DNA from: Calcarisporiella thermophila CBS 279.70
Taxonomy: Eukaryota > Fungi > Calcarisporiellomycota
Length of the DNA: 64,000 bases
Direction: 5' to 3'
Assembly (NCBI RefSeq): GCF_041956535.1
Contig: NW_027192203.1
Span: 679,406-743,405 of the forward strand
Shown in pieces: positions 25,282 to 38,920 of the stretch; positions within the stretch are counted from its first letter, which is position 1; each line of letters opens with the position of its first letter. Under the pieces are notes generated by a model that searched no databases, was not told the origin of the DNA, and saw only the letters and a program-made list of their open reading frames with translations. The translations under genes and the position numbers were made by a program.

Positions 25282-25710
25282 TACCGGGGAGTGTAAAGAA
25301 GGGGCTGAAGATGGTTAGAAACTTGGTCGAAAGAGATCAATAAATAATAGATAGCGCAACATCAATCGATCTACAGAAAAATGGGCATTGGCCTATGTTA
25401 GAAATCTGACAATAAAACAAAAGACCTTCTGCTCAATCTCCATACATTGTTCTATTTAAACTATTTTTTGCTGCGTCGTGCAATATAGATTTTTTAATTT
25501 CGATGCCAAAATTACTTTATGCTTCAGACACTCAAATATGGCAAAAAAAATAATAAAGGTTGACGTAAACTATGTAATCATGGTGAAAGTTGAAAATGGA
25601 TTGAAGCAACGAATTGTATTCATTTATTGAAGGAAAAATAGAATTTAGTTGAAGGGGTACAAAGAATACTATATACACATACGAACAGATAGCAAACATT
25701 ACATTCCAAA

Positions 25711-26124
25711 TTACACCTCTTGACTCTCCATACCCTTCTTTGTCTTGCTCTTCTGGGGCAAGAGAGAGGCATGAATGTTTGGAAGTACACCACCCTGTGC
25801 AATCGTGACGTGGCCAAGCAACTTGTTCAATTCTTCGTCGTTTCTGATGGCCAACTGAAGATGACGAGGAATAATGCGGGTCTTTTTGTTATCACGAGCA
25901 GCATTTCCAGCCAACTCCAAAATTTCAGCAGCAAGATATTCCAGAACTGCTGCCAAGTATACCGGAGCGCCAGCACCGACACGCTGAGCGTAGTTGCCGT
26001 TGCGAAGGTGACGGTGGATACGACCAACAGGGAACTGAAGACCGGCTTTGGCCGAGCGAGAAGATGAGGATTTTCCGGAGGAGGCCTTTCCGCCAGATTT
26101 GCCGCCAGATTTACCGCCAGACAT
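25711..26124 (-). CDS. H2A: Histone H2A with C-terminal SQ motif (H2A.X-like), intronless
   Basis: [17 protein letters not shown]...[17 protein letters not shown]. Confidence 0.99.
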   Translation of the reverse strand: MSGGKSGGKSGGKASSGKSSSSRSAKAGLQFPVGRIHRHLRNGNYAQRVGAGAPVYLAAVLEYLAAEILELAGNAARDNKKTRIIPRHLQLAIRNDEELNKLLGHVTIAQGGVLPNIHASLLPQKSKTKKGMESQEV

Positions 26125-26248
26125 TGTCAATAGAAGGATTGATTATTAGGGTGAAGGTAAGTGTAGAGTGCGAAGAGAAAGATAAAAACTTTTGGGCTTG
26201 GATAAGGGCAGATAAAAATGCTTAAATACTACAATGGAAATTTTTTTT

Positions 26249-26337
26249 TACACGAAAACACGAAATCGGGCAGTCACATGGTGTAACACGAAAACGCGAA
26301 ATTTTTTCGTGTGTTTTTGATTTGGTGTTTTTCGTGT
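26249..26337. promoter_or_regulatory. H2A/H2B bidirectional promoter module: six CRCGAAA (SCB-like) sites around GGGCAGTCACAT
   Basis: CACGAAA at 26251, 26259, 26287; CGCGAAA at 26295; TTTCGTG at 26305 and 26330. Confidence 0.75.
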
Positions 26338-26498
26338 TAGAAGTAAAAAAAAAAAGAAAAAAAACAAAAATTAGTAGAAAGTGAAAGAACTATAAAAGGG
26401 CTGCCGATTTCTCATTTTCCCGTATATTCTCACCTCTTCAATCTCACACTACTTTCCTCTCCAATCAACACTACCTCCAAAAAACATTAACCATCACC

Positions 26499-26909
26499 AT
26501 GCCTCCCAAGCCCGCCGAGAAGAAGCCCGCCTCCACTGGCGGTAAGGCTCCCGCTAAAACTGCTCCCCCTGCAGAGAAGAAGGAGAAGAAGCCAAAGGCT
26601 GAGGGCGCCAAATCAAAGAAGAAATCCAGAAAGGAGACCTACCACTCGTACATCTACAAGGTGCTGAAGCAGGTGCATCCCGACACCGGTATCTCCAACA
26701 AGGCAATGAGCATCATGAACTCGTTTGTCAACGATATCTTTGAGCGCATTGCATCTGAAGCCTCGAAGCTGGCAGCCTATAACAAGCGCTCGACCATTTC
26801 TAGTCGAGAGATTCAAACCGCCGTTCGTCTTATTCTTCCTGGTGAATTGGCCAAGCACGCCGTATCCGAAGGAACCAAGGCCGTGACCAAGTACACAAGC
26901 TCGAAGTAA
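26499..26909 (+). CDS. H2B: Histone H2B, intronless
   Basis: [35 protein letters not shown]...[10 protein letters not shown]. Confidence 0.99.
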   Translation: MPPKPAEKKPASTGGKAPAKTAPPAEKKEKKPKAEGAKSKKKSRKETYHSYIYKVLKQVHPDTGISNKAMSIMNSFVNDIFERIASEASKLAAYNKRSTISSREIQTAVRLILPGELAKHAVSEGTKAVTKYTSSK

Positions 26910-27422
26910 ATTGGTCCTAGCAAGTCATTTAATTCACTTTTCTCCCGCTCTTCTGTACAGTTATTACTATTGCTTTCTGTTTTGCTTGTTTCTCCACTTT
27001 CTTCGTGTAATAAATAATTTTTTGAAAAGATTCAAAAAATAGTGCAAACGCTACTTATGTCGAATTCATTTCCTAGAATAAAAAGTTGGGGGTGTCTTAA
27101 TCTCCATAAAGATAAATCTAACAAGATTTTACGGGATTTTAAGAGTCCTAACCGGCAAGCAAATTTTGGACTTACGATTATTCTATTTTTTTATAGGTTT
27201 CATAGTTTTTCCTAAGTTTTTAACTGTGAAAATCAAAGTCTTTTAGCAAAGCACATAATTTCTAGAGTTGCGAGATTTCCCAATTTTAATGACAATTTAG
27301 CTAATAGCTTTTGTAGACGAATATCTTTAATTATAAAAAGAAAGAAACAGAATTGTACAGAAAAGAAAATTAAGTATACACAAAATAAAGAATGCAGAGA
27401 AATGACGAGGAATCAAGGCTAT

Positions 27423-28236
<814 letters not shown>

Positions 28237-28283
28237 TTATCCTTGTTTTTTTTTTCTTCAGCTCAATAACTCAAATACACTAA

Positions 28284-28598
<315 letters not shown>

Positions 28599-28978
28599 TT
28601 TTTTATTTCTACCTGTAATTCTATTCTCCCCTGCGAGTATATTTTATCCTGTTTTCGAACTGCGTTTTTTTTTTTTTTCGTTTTCGCAATCTGTATCATA
28701 AATCTCAAGTAGATAAAATCGTTATTTTTGAAATCTAAATATTCGATAGTATAAATAAGTTTTCAATCATGCTAAGTTTAAGTCACTAAGAGAAATATGA
28801 AGGACAGGATAAAATATATGGCATCCAAACCACCGTAAGGATAAGAAAAAAGTATTTAAATCTTATTCAACACAAAAAGTGACAAATTAGCGGTATAATA
28901 CCCAGCAGCCATAGAAAAATAGCAAAAGAAAAAATACCATAACAAAAATAAGAATAAAAAAGAGATGTGTATCGAGAA

Positions 28979-29683
28979 TTAGTTCTCTGCAATCAGAGCA
29001 AGGATCATTCTATAAAGATAATAGAAGAAACACTATTTTCAAATAGAATTTGTTAGCCATAGATGCACCAAATCGCTTGGATATTGAATCATATTCACCA
29101 GGAGATAAAATCCAAGCTTAATAAAGCACTCCTTCTTGTGGGTACCGATTGTTCGGAAGATCTCCGTCGCATCATACATGTGGCGATTTTCTGTAATTCT
29201 AATGATGAAATCATTTTAGAAAAATTGATCTTAATTCTTCGTTTGAATTAGATGCTCACTTCTTCACATTCCATCCGACTAGTGGCAAGTTGATGAAAGT
29301 TGCGAGCCAGCTACCGCCAAGAAGGAATGACAAGGTGAGAAACGCGTGGGCGGCAGCTTCTGGGATAACGAACTATCGTTGTTTATCGGCAGATGGGGCA
29401 ATTAGCGGAGCTCAATAACCAGGATGAAAAGGAAAATCAAAAATACCTGATTTAATTTGTTACATAGATCGATAGGGTTGATGAAATCACATTCTAAATC
29501 TGAAAACATGATAATCTATATGAAGAGGGTTAAGGATGCCAGCGGATCTATCTGTTTCAATAATTCATCGACCAGGATGCCATTATTAATAGCACGTTAA
29601 AAGGATACAAAAAACACCATAACGAAGAGCAGTACTGCGGCCATTATGACCCCAAAAAGAAATAAAAGAGCTTCCCCACCCAT
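28979..29683 (-). CDS. ERV14: Cornichon/Erv14 ER cargo receptor (5 exons), not in the ORF track
   Basis: MGGEALLFLFGV..VMVFF|IIMFSDLECDFINPIDLCNKLNQ|FVIPEAAAH..NLPL..|..MYDATEIFRT..KLGFYLL|CFFYYLYRMILALIAEN*. Confidence 0.94.
29516..29608 (-). other. U12-type (minor spliceosome) GT-AG intron, intron 1 of ERV14
   Basis: 5' site GTATCCTTTT; branch TCCTTAAC (29536-29529) 12 nt from the 3' end; splicing restores the frame. Confidence 0.88.
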
Positions 29684-29936
29684 CCTTCTTTACTATGCTA
29701 GTATAAACGTAAGAGTTTTGTCTGGCGGACGAATTGCGATCGAAGATAAGCGAAGATAAAAGAGCCAACAAAATAAAGCCTCAAGTGAAAATTGGCATCG
29801 TATTGAAATACGTCACATGAATACGTCACACGCAATAGAAGAGCGAACGACAGAGCAATCAAATAAGCACTTCAGAGTTACAACCAAAAGCAAACTTGAC
29901 AAAATGCAAAACGAAATACACAAAGCAACTACATAT

Positions 29937-30653
29937 TTAAAGCTCGGATAGCACTTCGTCGATTTTCGGGATCAGCGACTTGATCATTTCCCACTGCTCT
30001 AGCTGCAGCGAGACACCTACGCAAGGCGGCAATATATTAAGATGTGCGCGTTCTAATAGAGGTCGCGAAAGAGTTCAGATGAGAATACCTTTTTTCGAGG
30101 GCTTCCATTCTCCATCTTTACTATCCTCTGTTTTTTTGGGAGGGGCAATAAAGAAAAAAGAGTATAATGAATTAAAAGGTCTAAAATTGATTCCTAGCGA
30201 TATGCAGTCAAGGAAACTATAACCATACCCCAAAACTCCCGAATATCCACCATAGCTAAGTGCTTCCACTTACGAACGGTCAAACGCTTCTTCTTGCCCA
30301 GCTAAAAGTGATTTAGTCGATAATAAATGAAATAGAATTGCGTTTGATATCCATTTGGAATACCTCGAAATATCTTTCGCCTTGATCATTGACTAGCATT
30401 TCGCCGCTAGTATTTGACAATTTGGGCTTTTTTGCAGTATCTTTCTCATTCTAATTAATAACAATCCACATGATTAATGTAAATAAAATATTTTGAAGAC
30501 TAGGCGATTGGTCTACATTTTCGGTGGTTGGCTGCTATATAAATGCATATAGATTAGCTGGTGAATACCCCACGAGATATAATGGCTTACTATGGAGTCG
30601 TCGTCGTCTGAGTCGACGTACTCTTTCGATACATATTGCTTTCGTTTTGACAT
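29937..30653 (-). CDS. SUB1: PC4/Sub1 ssDNA-binding transcriptional coactivator (6 exons), essentially absent from the ORF track
   Basis: MSKRKQYVSKEYVDSDDDDSI|QPTTEN|..GERYFE|LGKKKRLTVRKWKHLAMVDIREFW|EDSKDGEWKPSKK|GVSLQLEQWEMIKSLIPKIDEVLSEL*. Confidence 0.92.
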
Positions 30654-31407
30654 AACTCGGAGCTTGGAGAATACTAAACGAAGTCGCGCTTTTACCTTGC
30701 ACGTTTGTTCTGACCCAATTCACCCAGCCACCATATGAATTAATAGCCCTGTGATAGGAACATATATGGAAATGTTCTTGTCAGGCGAAGTTACAATACG
30801 CGTTAAAATACCTGGAAATCATACCGAAAAGTTTGGGTGATATTTGTAATGTGGAAGTGAAGAATCTGCTAGCAATATTCTGACATTATTTAGATTCATT
30901 TAATTATAACCTTTTTCAAGTGTGCAAACTGTTTCTCCAGAGGATTCCTTCGGTTTATGTGGATAATCAGCTTACGATAGTTTTTTCCGAAAAAGAACAA
31001 AATATCATCAGGGTGCAATGAAAGATAATTAGAGTACGATGGTCTCCTAAATAACGTATCGAATTCTGCCAAGTTTGGAGGTTTTTAAATGGGGATTAAG
31101 TCAAGCACCACGGTGTGACTATTTGAATTTCCATTCCTCCGCTATTCATCGCGCTGTTGATTCCGAGAATTATACGTTGCGTTTAAACCCACAGTGAGAC
31201 GCTCATCAAATATCCTCCATTCCCCTTCCACCGTATTCCTCAGCAAATTATTGCTCTTTGATTAAGCAAGCTTTAAACTTCCCACGGTGTACTAGTCAGC
31301 TTGCATCTTCACATGCGATTATTTACACCACTGTCATCAATCAATCTCAAGTAATGCTGAGTGCAATTAGCACAAAAGAGAAATATATTCAATAAATAAC
31401 TTTACAA

Positions 31408-31736
31408 TCAATCATAATAGCGTTGCTTCATAGCGCGGTATTTTCTCAGGGAGTACATCGCTTCCAGCTCTGGTTGCGAAGAAAAAAGCAATTATTCAAT
31501 TAGCATTTACACGGGGTATCCTCCAATCTCGTACTCCACCTACCCTTTTTTATATACTCCCCAAACGCCAAACCTTTCTTAATTTCAGCCTCGTCGGTAA
31601 TGTTCCTTTTTTTCATAAATGCATCCTTTAAACGCGGCCGGAAATAGGACTCATAGCCCAGTGGATATTCACGACCTAAGTGCACAAGATCTTTATAGAG
31701 GCGAATTACTTGTCCTCTGAGCTCTGCTTTCGACAT
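31408..31736 (-). CDS. LYRM5: LYR-motif protein LYRM5/ETFRF1-like (2 exons)
   Basis: LRGQVIRLYKDLVHLGREYPLG..FRPRLKDAF..GEYIKK|ELEAMYSLRKYRAMKQRYYD*. Confidence 0.9.
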
Positions 31737-32048
31737 CGTTACATAGTTCTTTTCTTCCGGGCCATATTTTATTCTATTTGCTGCGCCTCATGCCGATCGA
31801 AGAACGCGCGCGGTGGCAAAAATTATGTGAAATAGTGGTGCAGTTAGAGAGGTGTTATTCCCCCCTCCTCAAATAGAAACCCTATAACATACCTGGCATT
31901 TTCATTCTATAATTCTCTCTTATCCATCAGCCATTTAACGATATATTATTGTCACCATTTGTATATCCATAGTGTTCGTACTCTTTTCCATCTTTTATTC
32001 ATTCTGCCCCTTCATCTCCCGTTGTATTTTGATATATATTCCCGGACA

Positions 32049-35000
32049 ATGTTCCATTGTATAAAGCTCAATAGGAGACCAAAGCCGCCCACGTTATTAA
32101 TATGGGCCGTCCTTCTGATCTTGTTATATGCCAATGCAGTGAATGCCTGTAAGCGTTCTGAAATTGCTCAATTGACTTCTCTTCAAATGAATTAACTGTT
32201 TCACTAATTCCTAATTTATGCAAACAATAGCACAATTTGAAATTCAATGTCAAATGGTTCTCAGCGGGTAAGTGCCCGATCCGCTCTTCTATCACGTTAA
32301 AATAAATGCCCTCTAATTTTTTTATAGACATGAAAATATCTTCCTGGATGGCGAGTGCCTTTTGGCAAGAAATGTTTGGAGGAATTCCGAAAACTGGCAA
32401 ATTGTACTCTACAATCAGTCCGAATATAATGTGATACGCAATTCAATTACCGAAGGTTTTTAGTCACTCCTGCCTGCCTATTTTCCGTGGATTGATTTTA
32501 TTGAGCTGTCTTCGTTTATTAGGTCGCATTTTGCGGCCTCCCGCCTGCATGCCAAAATATAATGTCGCCAACTGGCTGAACCAGACGAGTCGAGAGATAT
32601 TCTACCCACTGCAGCAAACAATCAATATCTCACCCTCGGATGTTTGGTATGTAGACGAGAAAGCCGCTGTAAGTATCGCTCTGTGTTGGGCTGTATCAAA
32701 ACATTTCCCATAATACACGTATTTCTCTACTCCTTAGACGCTCACCACCTACGTGTCCTATCAAGTATTCATCGAGAACTTTATCACCGCAGCGCCTCCT
32801 CAATTTTACCTCGAGGCGGTATTTCGAGCTGCCTCCGGAATGGAGCTTTCACGCACTTCATCGGAAATTGTAGCCGCCGTTAGCGGGTTAGCTGAGTATC
32901 TGGACGTGATGGGGCTCAATCAGATTGGCTCCGGGACGTATGCCTGGCGAAATATAGCCATTCCACGGGGGACAAGGAATGTTGATTTTATCCTATGGAG
33001 CTACGGGGGCGGCGTGATAGGATACGATGAAATATTCGGGGTGATGCATATAGATGGGGGGACAACGAGAACGGTGGAGAAACTTAATTTAGGTAAATTG
33101 TTGGCCTATGGTATCCCGTGTGCCTTCACCGAGTGATTTCATCTTCTTTCTTAGCGGAAAAGGTCGCGTTTTGGATTGTTAGTGCGCAGACATTGATCAT
33201 CCCCTTGCTGCTCTACTTTTGGACGAAGCGTGTCCTCAGAATTGATTTCCCAGCGTATTATTACCGAGCTTGGAGTCTTCAACCAGAACGTTCCTTGTAA
33301 CTATTTCTTTTCTTTTTCTAACCACTAGCCCTATCGATTTTTCTGCCCGCCAACCTCACTATGGGTTTCTGCTTACGCTCTTCTCCTCGCTTTCCCTGTT
33401 CCTGTTCCTTGATGCCTGGGCCGTCATCACCTACGACCAAAATAGCATCGTTCTCTCCAATCTTTTCCCAAAAATCTTGGAAACCTTGCGCCTTCCGCTG
33501 GTCTTCATGTACCACGGAGCCCTCTTCTACCCGATCTTGCTGTGTTACCAGCTTGCCCATGCGACACGAGTCGCCGGGGCCATGGGGGCAATAGCGTGTC
33601 TCTTCCTTCTGGTACATGCCATCCTACAGCATATTCCGAATGTAATCTCGGTCCGGCGCGTTTTGTTTGGGACCACGGTGTTGGTGCAAATGCCAGGCTA
33701 TGTGTCCCAGATCATCCTTGCTCTTTATTTTGTGCGAAGAGTATTCGATGCGCCGTCGCTAGAGAAGCATCGAAAGTGGCTGGTGCTGGCAGAGATGGAG
33801 GAGTTGTATGTGAAGCTGCTCTTCGCAAAAAACAAGCAGATGGAGGAGGAAACGCGACCCCTGACGGCATGGGAGCGAATCTGGCTATTCATCACATGCC
33901 GAGGATGGAGGAAAAACAGGGTCATGCCGGCAAAAAAGCCAAAGAGAAAATGGCACGAGCGGCTATGCAATACGCTGGGAATGCGGCAAGATATTAGGTG
34001 AACAATGGAGACTCTTTTTCACCATAAAATATCCAAATCAGCTGAGCGCCTATCCTCTCCCCATAGAATCCCGTTCTCCGTGATGGCCATGCTCATTATG
34101 AACATCATCATGATGTATCAAGTGATCCTGTACTTTATTCGCCAAGCATTCCTCAATCTCGGCTCCTCTATCGCGTGTAATCTCGTAAGTCTTGCTGTCG
34201 TCTCGAATCACGCTTCCGACCCTATCCGCCTGGCGCGTGAAGTATACATCGCGCTTGTGACGAACATGCTGGTCTCGTGTATTGGAGGGGGAATTGGTAA
34301 GCTATAATATCCGCTCTTGCGTCATTATCTTGGATAGAATCGAAACTAAATTCTGTGGTATGGCTGCATCGTATATGATGATATAAAAAAAAACCTCCAA
34401 AGCATGCATCCATTTCGCGACACTAATCATTCGACGGTATACCAAGGATATCCTCCTAATCCGGGGTGGAAATTATCACCTCTTCGTCGGCAAGAAGAAG
34501 CACAACCGTATCTCGCTCAATGACAGCATCGGGTTCGTAGGAATAGGGGTGGGATTCGGCCTCTTTGGGTGCTTTCTCCTGATCGCCGAGCTTTTCCTCA
34601 TCGGGTCCATGATTATTGCCATTCACTATGTCCACCGATTACGCTCCGCCTTCATCCACCACGTCCTTCAAGGCACCCTGTTCTGGAGTATTGTGATCGC
34701 ATACTTTGTGTATTATGTGCAGCGGTTCATCACGCACTATTTTTTCGAAGAACGAGAAGCCCGATTCTGTATAAAAAGAAGAGGCGTCTTTTTCCATTAC
34801 TCTTATTTTATGACCTTTGCAGACTTCAGCATTGGGCTGACAAGCTATATTTTCAGATTTGCACAGGTCCTCTCCCATCCTGCCCCCCCTCCTTCCTTAC
34901 ACTGTCTTATTGATATTAACCCTCTCGGCCTTCACTCTAGGCTATTTTGAACGGCCCCTTCTTCTCCACCCGCCCAGATCGCAACCTCGAACGCTGGGAC

Positions 35001-35650
35001 GCTCGCAATGAAGATCGAGGATTTCGGGCCTATCTCGGGGTGCTGCTCCTAGATCACCACATCAACAATCCCATTCTCCTTACCTTTTGTGAAATCCTCC
35101 TCCAAAAACTGCCCTCGAGCTCGGCCTCTTCTTCCCCCAATATGAGCGCCATGACCACAGATAAATCGGGGAGAACCACCATGGTAGGGGGAGATGCCGA
35201 GGAAGAGGAAAGTATCGCGTACGCGAAAGGATATGCCGATCCCTTGGGGATAAATGAGAAGGAGCTCCTGAGAGAGAGGGAATTGAGACGAAAGTGGGCG
35301 AGAAATCGGTGGTTTGTCGCCTTCACCCTGATATTTAACCCCTCGGTAAAATCTACTTTGACCAAAAATGCGAAAAATGACCTAACCCCTTACTCTCCTT
35401 TCCCCACCCTCCTCATCTACAGCTGCGCAAAAACCGTTGGCAACTCTGCTCTGCAGAGGAGCTCTACGACGTCTACACCGAATTGCACACGCCCCGCAGC
35501 TTCGTCAGCTCCGATACCCCGCCCGACCCATCCTTGACGCCCACCTTTGCGCCTGCATCTCCCTTAGAGCCCATCGCGCCATCTAATCCAAGAGCGAGGC
35601 TCTACCTCCGTCCGACGAGAATCCGCAACCCGTCAACGGGGTTCATTTGA
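32049..35650 (+). CDS. STRA6-like (RBP-receptor family) multi-pass membrane protein with signal peptide and N-terminal ectodomain, about 11 exons
   Basis: C-terminal DRGFRAYLGVLLLDHHINNPILLTFCEILL and ARNRWFVAFTLIFNPS|LRKNR match the STRA6 signature as I recall it (DPGY..Y..FL....HP....FC.LLL; ARARW.LAYTL..NP.L..R). About 9-10 hydrophobic helices between 33.1 and 34.9 kb. Confidence 0.8.
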
Positions 35651-35889
35651 ATCCCCTCTAGAGGAGTTGGGGGGGCTCACCCCCTTGTCTCTCTTTATTT
35701 TAGGCCGCACTAAGGCCTTCAGTAGTTGATTTATTGGAGAGGGGAGGGAAGGAAGAAGTAAAAGAGAAGGGAAAACGAAGAGAAACAACAAATAACATCT
35801 ACATTACAATAAATTAGCATTAACCATGATACCATTGCACAAATACCCTCATGCAAACCTATCATACAAAGTATCTATAAAGAATGCTC

Positions 35890-38800
35890 TCATACAAAAT
35901 CACTTTCTAGTGAGAAGAGCTCCGGGCTGCTTCGATTCCTCCTTGGAAGCCGCCGCTCCTCTTTAACCCCCAGCCACTGGTTGAACACGGTCTCCTTCTT
36001 GGGGCACTCCTCCACATACATCTCGGCCGCCCACTCTACCGAGCCGCCCTTTCGTCGAGGATGACCCCCCTCACTCAGCTCCTCCAACTGAGTCATATAG
36101 ATGTTCCTTAGTCCCTTTCCTTTGGACTTCTTTGAGGAGGAGGTCCCCGCCGTACTCACTCCTCCATTCGCGCCCTCCACCTTGACCACGCTCTTGAAGC
36201 TCGGGGGTGGCGTCAAGTGCAGCTCAAAGTTGACCGCCTTCCCACCATTTTCGTTGAAAATGGGATGGAGGGGCGGCGGCGGCAATAGCGAGGGGGCGGA
36301 AGCATGGGGCGGTGTCACCACTCCATCCTTCCTGCGCCCATTTTGGGGGTGGACGTGGGGTGGAGGTATGTAGCTGAATTGCTCCTGCTTGGGTGTGGTG
36401 GGGGCCGACTTGGACGCCAGCGAGCTAGCAGTCAAAGCTTGGGACTCTGACAGGCTGGCTTGAGAGTGAAGCGAGCGCTCTTCTGAGAGCCGCTTACGGC
36501 GCAGACGGTGCAGAATGGAATCGATCGTGAGTTCGATTTTACAATGGTTTTGGATGATGGATATTTCTGCAAAAGTAATCAAAAAAAAGGGAGGGGGGAG
36601 GCTCAATTAAACCAGAGGTTAAGGGGGAAGGTGAAGACATAAGAGGACTTACTCGGTCGAGTCGCCTTATCCCCACGTATGAAAGCATTCATAAGAAATT
36701 GGCGCGATGGATTCTCTGCGATTTTTAGGAAATCTGCATATGGAATATCGGGTAATATGGTGATGTCTCCAGAATATCGTTGGGAAACTATGTCCTGTGC
36801 ACGCTTTAACAGTGACGGCATGACGCCGAGTTCGAGTAGCTGGTAAAGCCGGTGTTCAAGTTCTGAACGGGCAAGTTTAAGAGCCAATCCAGCATATTTG
36901 TCGAAAGTGGAGGTGACAAAGCGAGGCTGAATAAATGGGATAACGTAGGGGTTCACTGCACAAGAGGAAAGGTTTCATGAATTACTGATGCGTCTAACAC
37001 ATACACACAAACGTACCTTGGCACACAATAAAATGGTTTACTCCAAAAAGCTCGGCCAGCTTATTCATCGGTAAATCTCTGGATAGCAAAGTGATATATT
37101 AGACTACAAGGATACATATCCAACTAGTTGAGTGAGCATGTTACCCCTCGATGGTCCCATCGATCCAGCGTTGATCTATCCATAGAAAAGAGGGTTAGAT
37201 CTCTATGAACACAGTGGGATGCCAATGACAAATGAGCAAACCTCCAGGATTCCAAGGAACCACCTTCCCGTTTTTATCTTTCGCCCAGATAGTCGAGGGC
37301 TGAAACAATAGAGGTACCGCACAAGAGGCCGCACTACATATATGTAAAAAGTTCAAGAAAAAATGAATCAGTAAAAAAACTCCCGTGCTCAGGAGGGTGT
37401 GGCGGTTGAGCGTGGACTTACACGGCCGACCAGATGAGCTAAGAGGTGTCGAAAGAGAGATTAGTTTTCCACAGCTTACTTGCTCTATCCACAGTTTGCA
37501 AGATACATACCACGTTGGGCGCTGTAAGATAGTTCAGTAATCGGGGCATCTCATATACAGTGCCAGAACTCACGGTGATATTAAGGACACAAGAAGTACG
37601 ATTGAAGGCCTCCTGAAAAGTTATCTCACCAATATTCTCCTTGAGGCACTCGATGAGGAACTGTGTATCGAAGAGTACGCCTACAACAAAAGGTTTAGCC
37701 GAGGTGAGCAGGACTAGCCGCGAGCAGAAAAAAAAGAGAAAATTACCTTGTTTAACAAAACGTGAGAGGCGATAAAAAACTGACTCGGGTTGGTCATCGC
37801 GATCAAAGGCGGTCTTTGAAACAAGAAACGAGGGTTAAAGAGGATCCTTTCTTAAGCTTGCCAAAAAAAGTAAGACGACGAGCTTACAAAGTTATAATTT
37901 AGGACTTGTTCAAAAGAGGTGGGGATTTCTTCTTTCGGCTTGGATGCCACGATGGCGGCAATGATCCCGCCACCCGAGGAGCCAGATATAATGCGTGGCA
38001 GGAGATCATTTTCGTACAAACATTTGATGACGCCGATATGATGCATGACTATATTGTAGGGGAGTGAGGGGATGAGACAGAAGGCTTAGCTTTAGCCGGA
38101 TGCTTACCTAAAGCCGCCCCACCACTTAGCAGCAGTGCGGTGCGTCCAAAGCTCATTCTAATATTCGTGAAGATCTCATACTTCTGTGTTGTAGTGAATT
38201 CATCGCATTCCAAATCGCAGACGATATTCAGTGTTTCGACCACCTCGTTGATATAGTCTTCGATTAACTTCTTTGTTCCAATGTGGGCATGCTCATAAAG
38301 CTATGGAGAGACAGCGATAAGTGTGGGTACAAAGGATCACAAGGTTGAATTCCCCATATAGTTACACTAGGATTTCCCATATCGCCCAATTTACGGGTGA
38401 GCGAGGTTCGGATAGCGAACATCATGGAGCCCAAATCGCCCTTTTCTCGAGCTTTGCGAAGCTGGGAGAGTCGATTCTGGATGAGCTCATAATCGTAGTC
38501 GGGTGATACGGGATCAAGTTTCCATTGATTCAGACCTAGGGTCAGGGAGAGAAGAAGATCAATAATGTGCTGAGTCATGCAATGGGGGATAGCCTAATGA
38601 CCTTGAAGCTCATCAAGTTTCATGGCCGCCTCTGCCCACTCCTTGTAGGTAGTCGCCGACTCCATTGCGCTGCGATACTGATACTCGAGTGAATAGGGGG
38701 ATATTTTCTCCAAGGTTTTCTACCAACAAGTGAAAGAGATTAGGCCCCGCTCCATCCAATGAACTCATCATCAAGGGTGGCTACGTACCTTCCACAGGAG

Positions 38801-38920
38801 ATATCCCGCATTTCTCATTCTTTCTGTGATCGAAGGTTTCGATGGGATCGATATAGGATCGAAGCGATAGAACGAGCAGGGGCTCACCATCTGCGTCTCT
38901 TTCTCCTCTTGCGAATTCAT
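35890..38920 (-). CDS. TGL4: Patatin-domain triacylglycerol lipase (Tgl3/4/5 family with DUF3336), many short exons; N-terminus uncertain
   Basis: ATTYKEWAEAAMKLD, FGRTALLLSGGAALG, LLPRIISGSSGG (GxSxG), LNYLTAPNV, WIDGTIEGDLP, FIVCQVNP, QRYSGDITILP. Confidence 0.9.

Noticed and set aside
31107-31290. Three CCACRGTG motifs, one equal to the RSS/Transib heptamer CACAGTG
   Set aside because: No nonamer, no inverted partner and no transposase.
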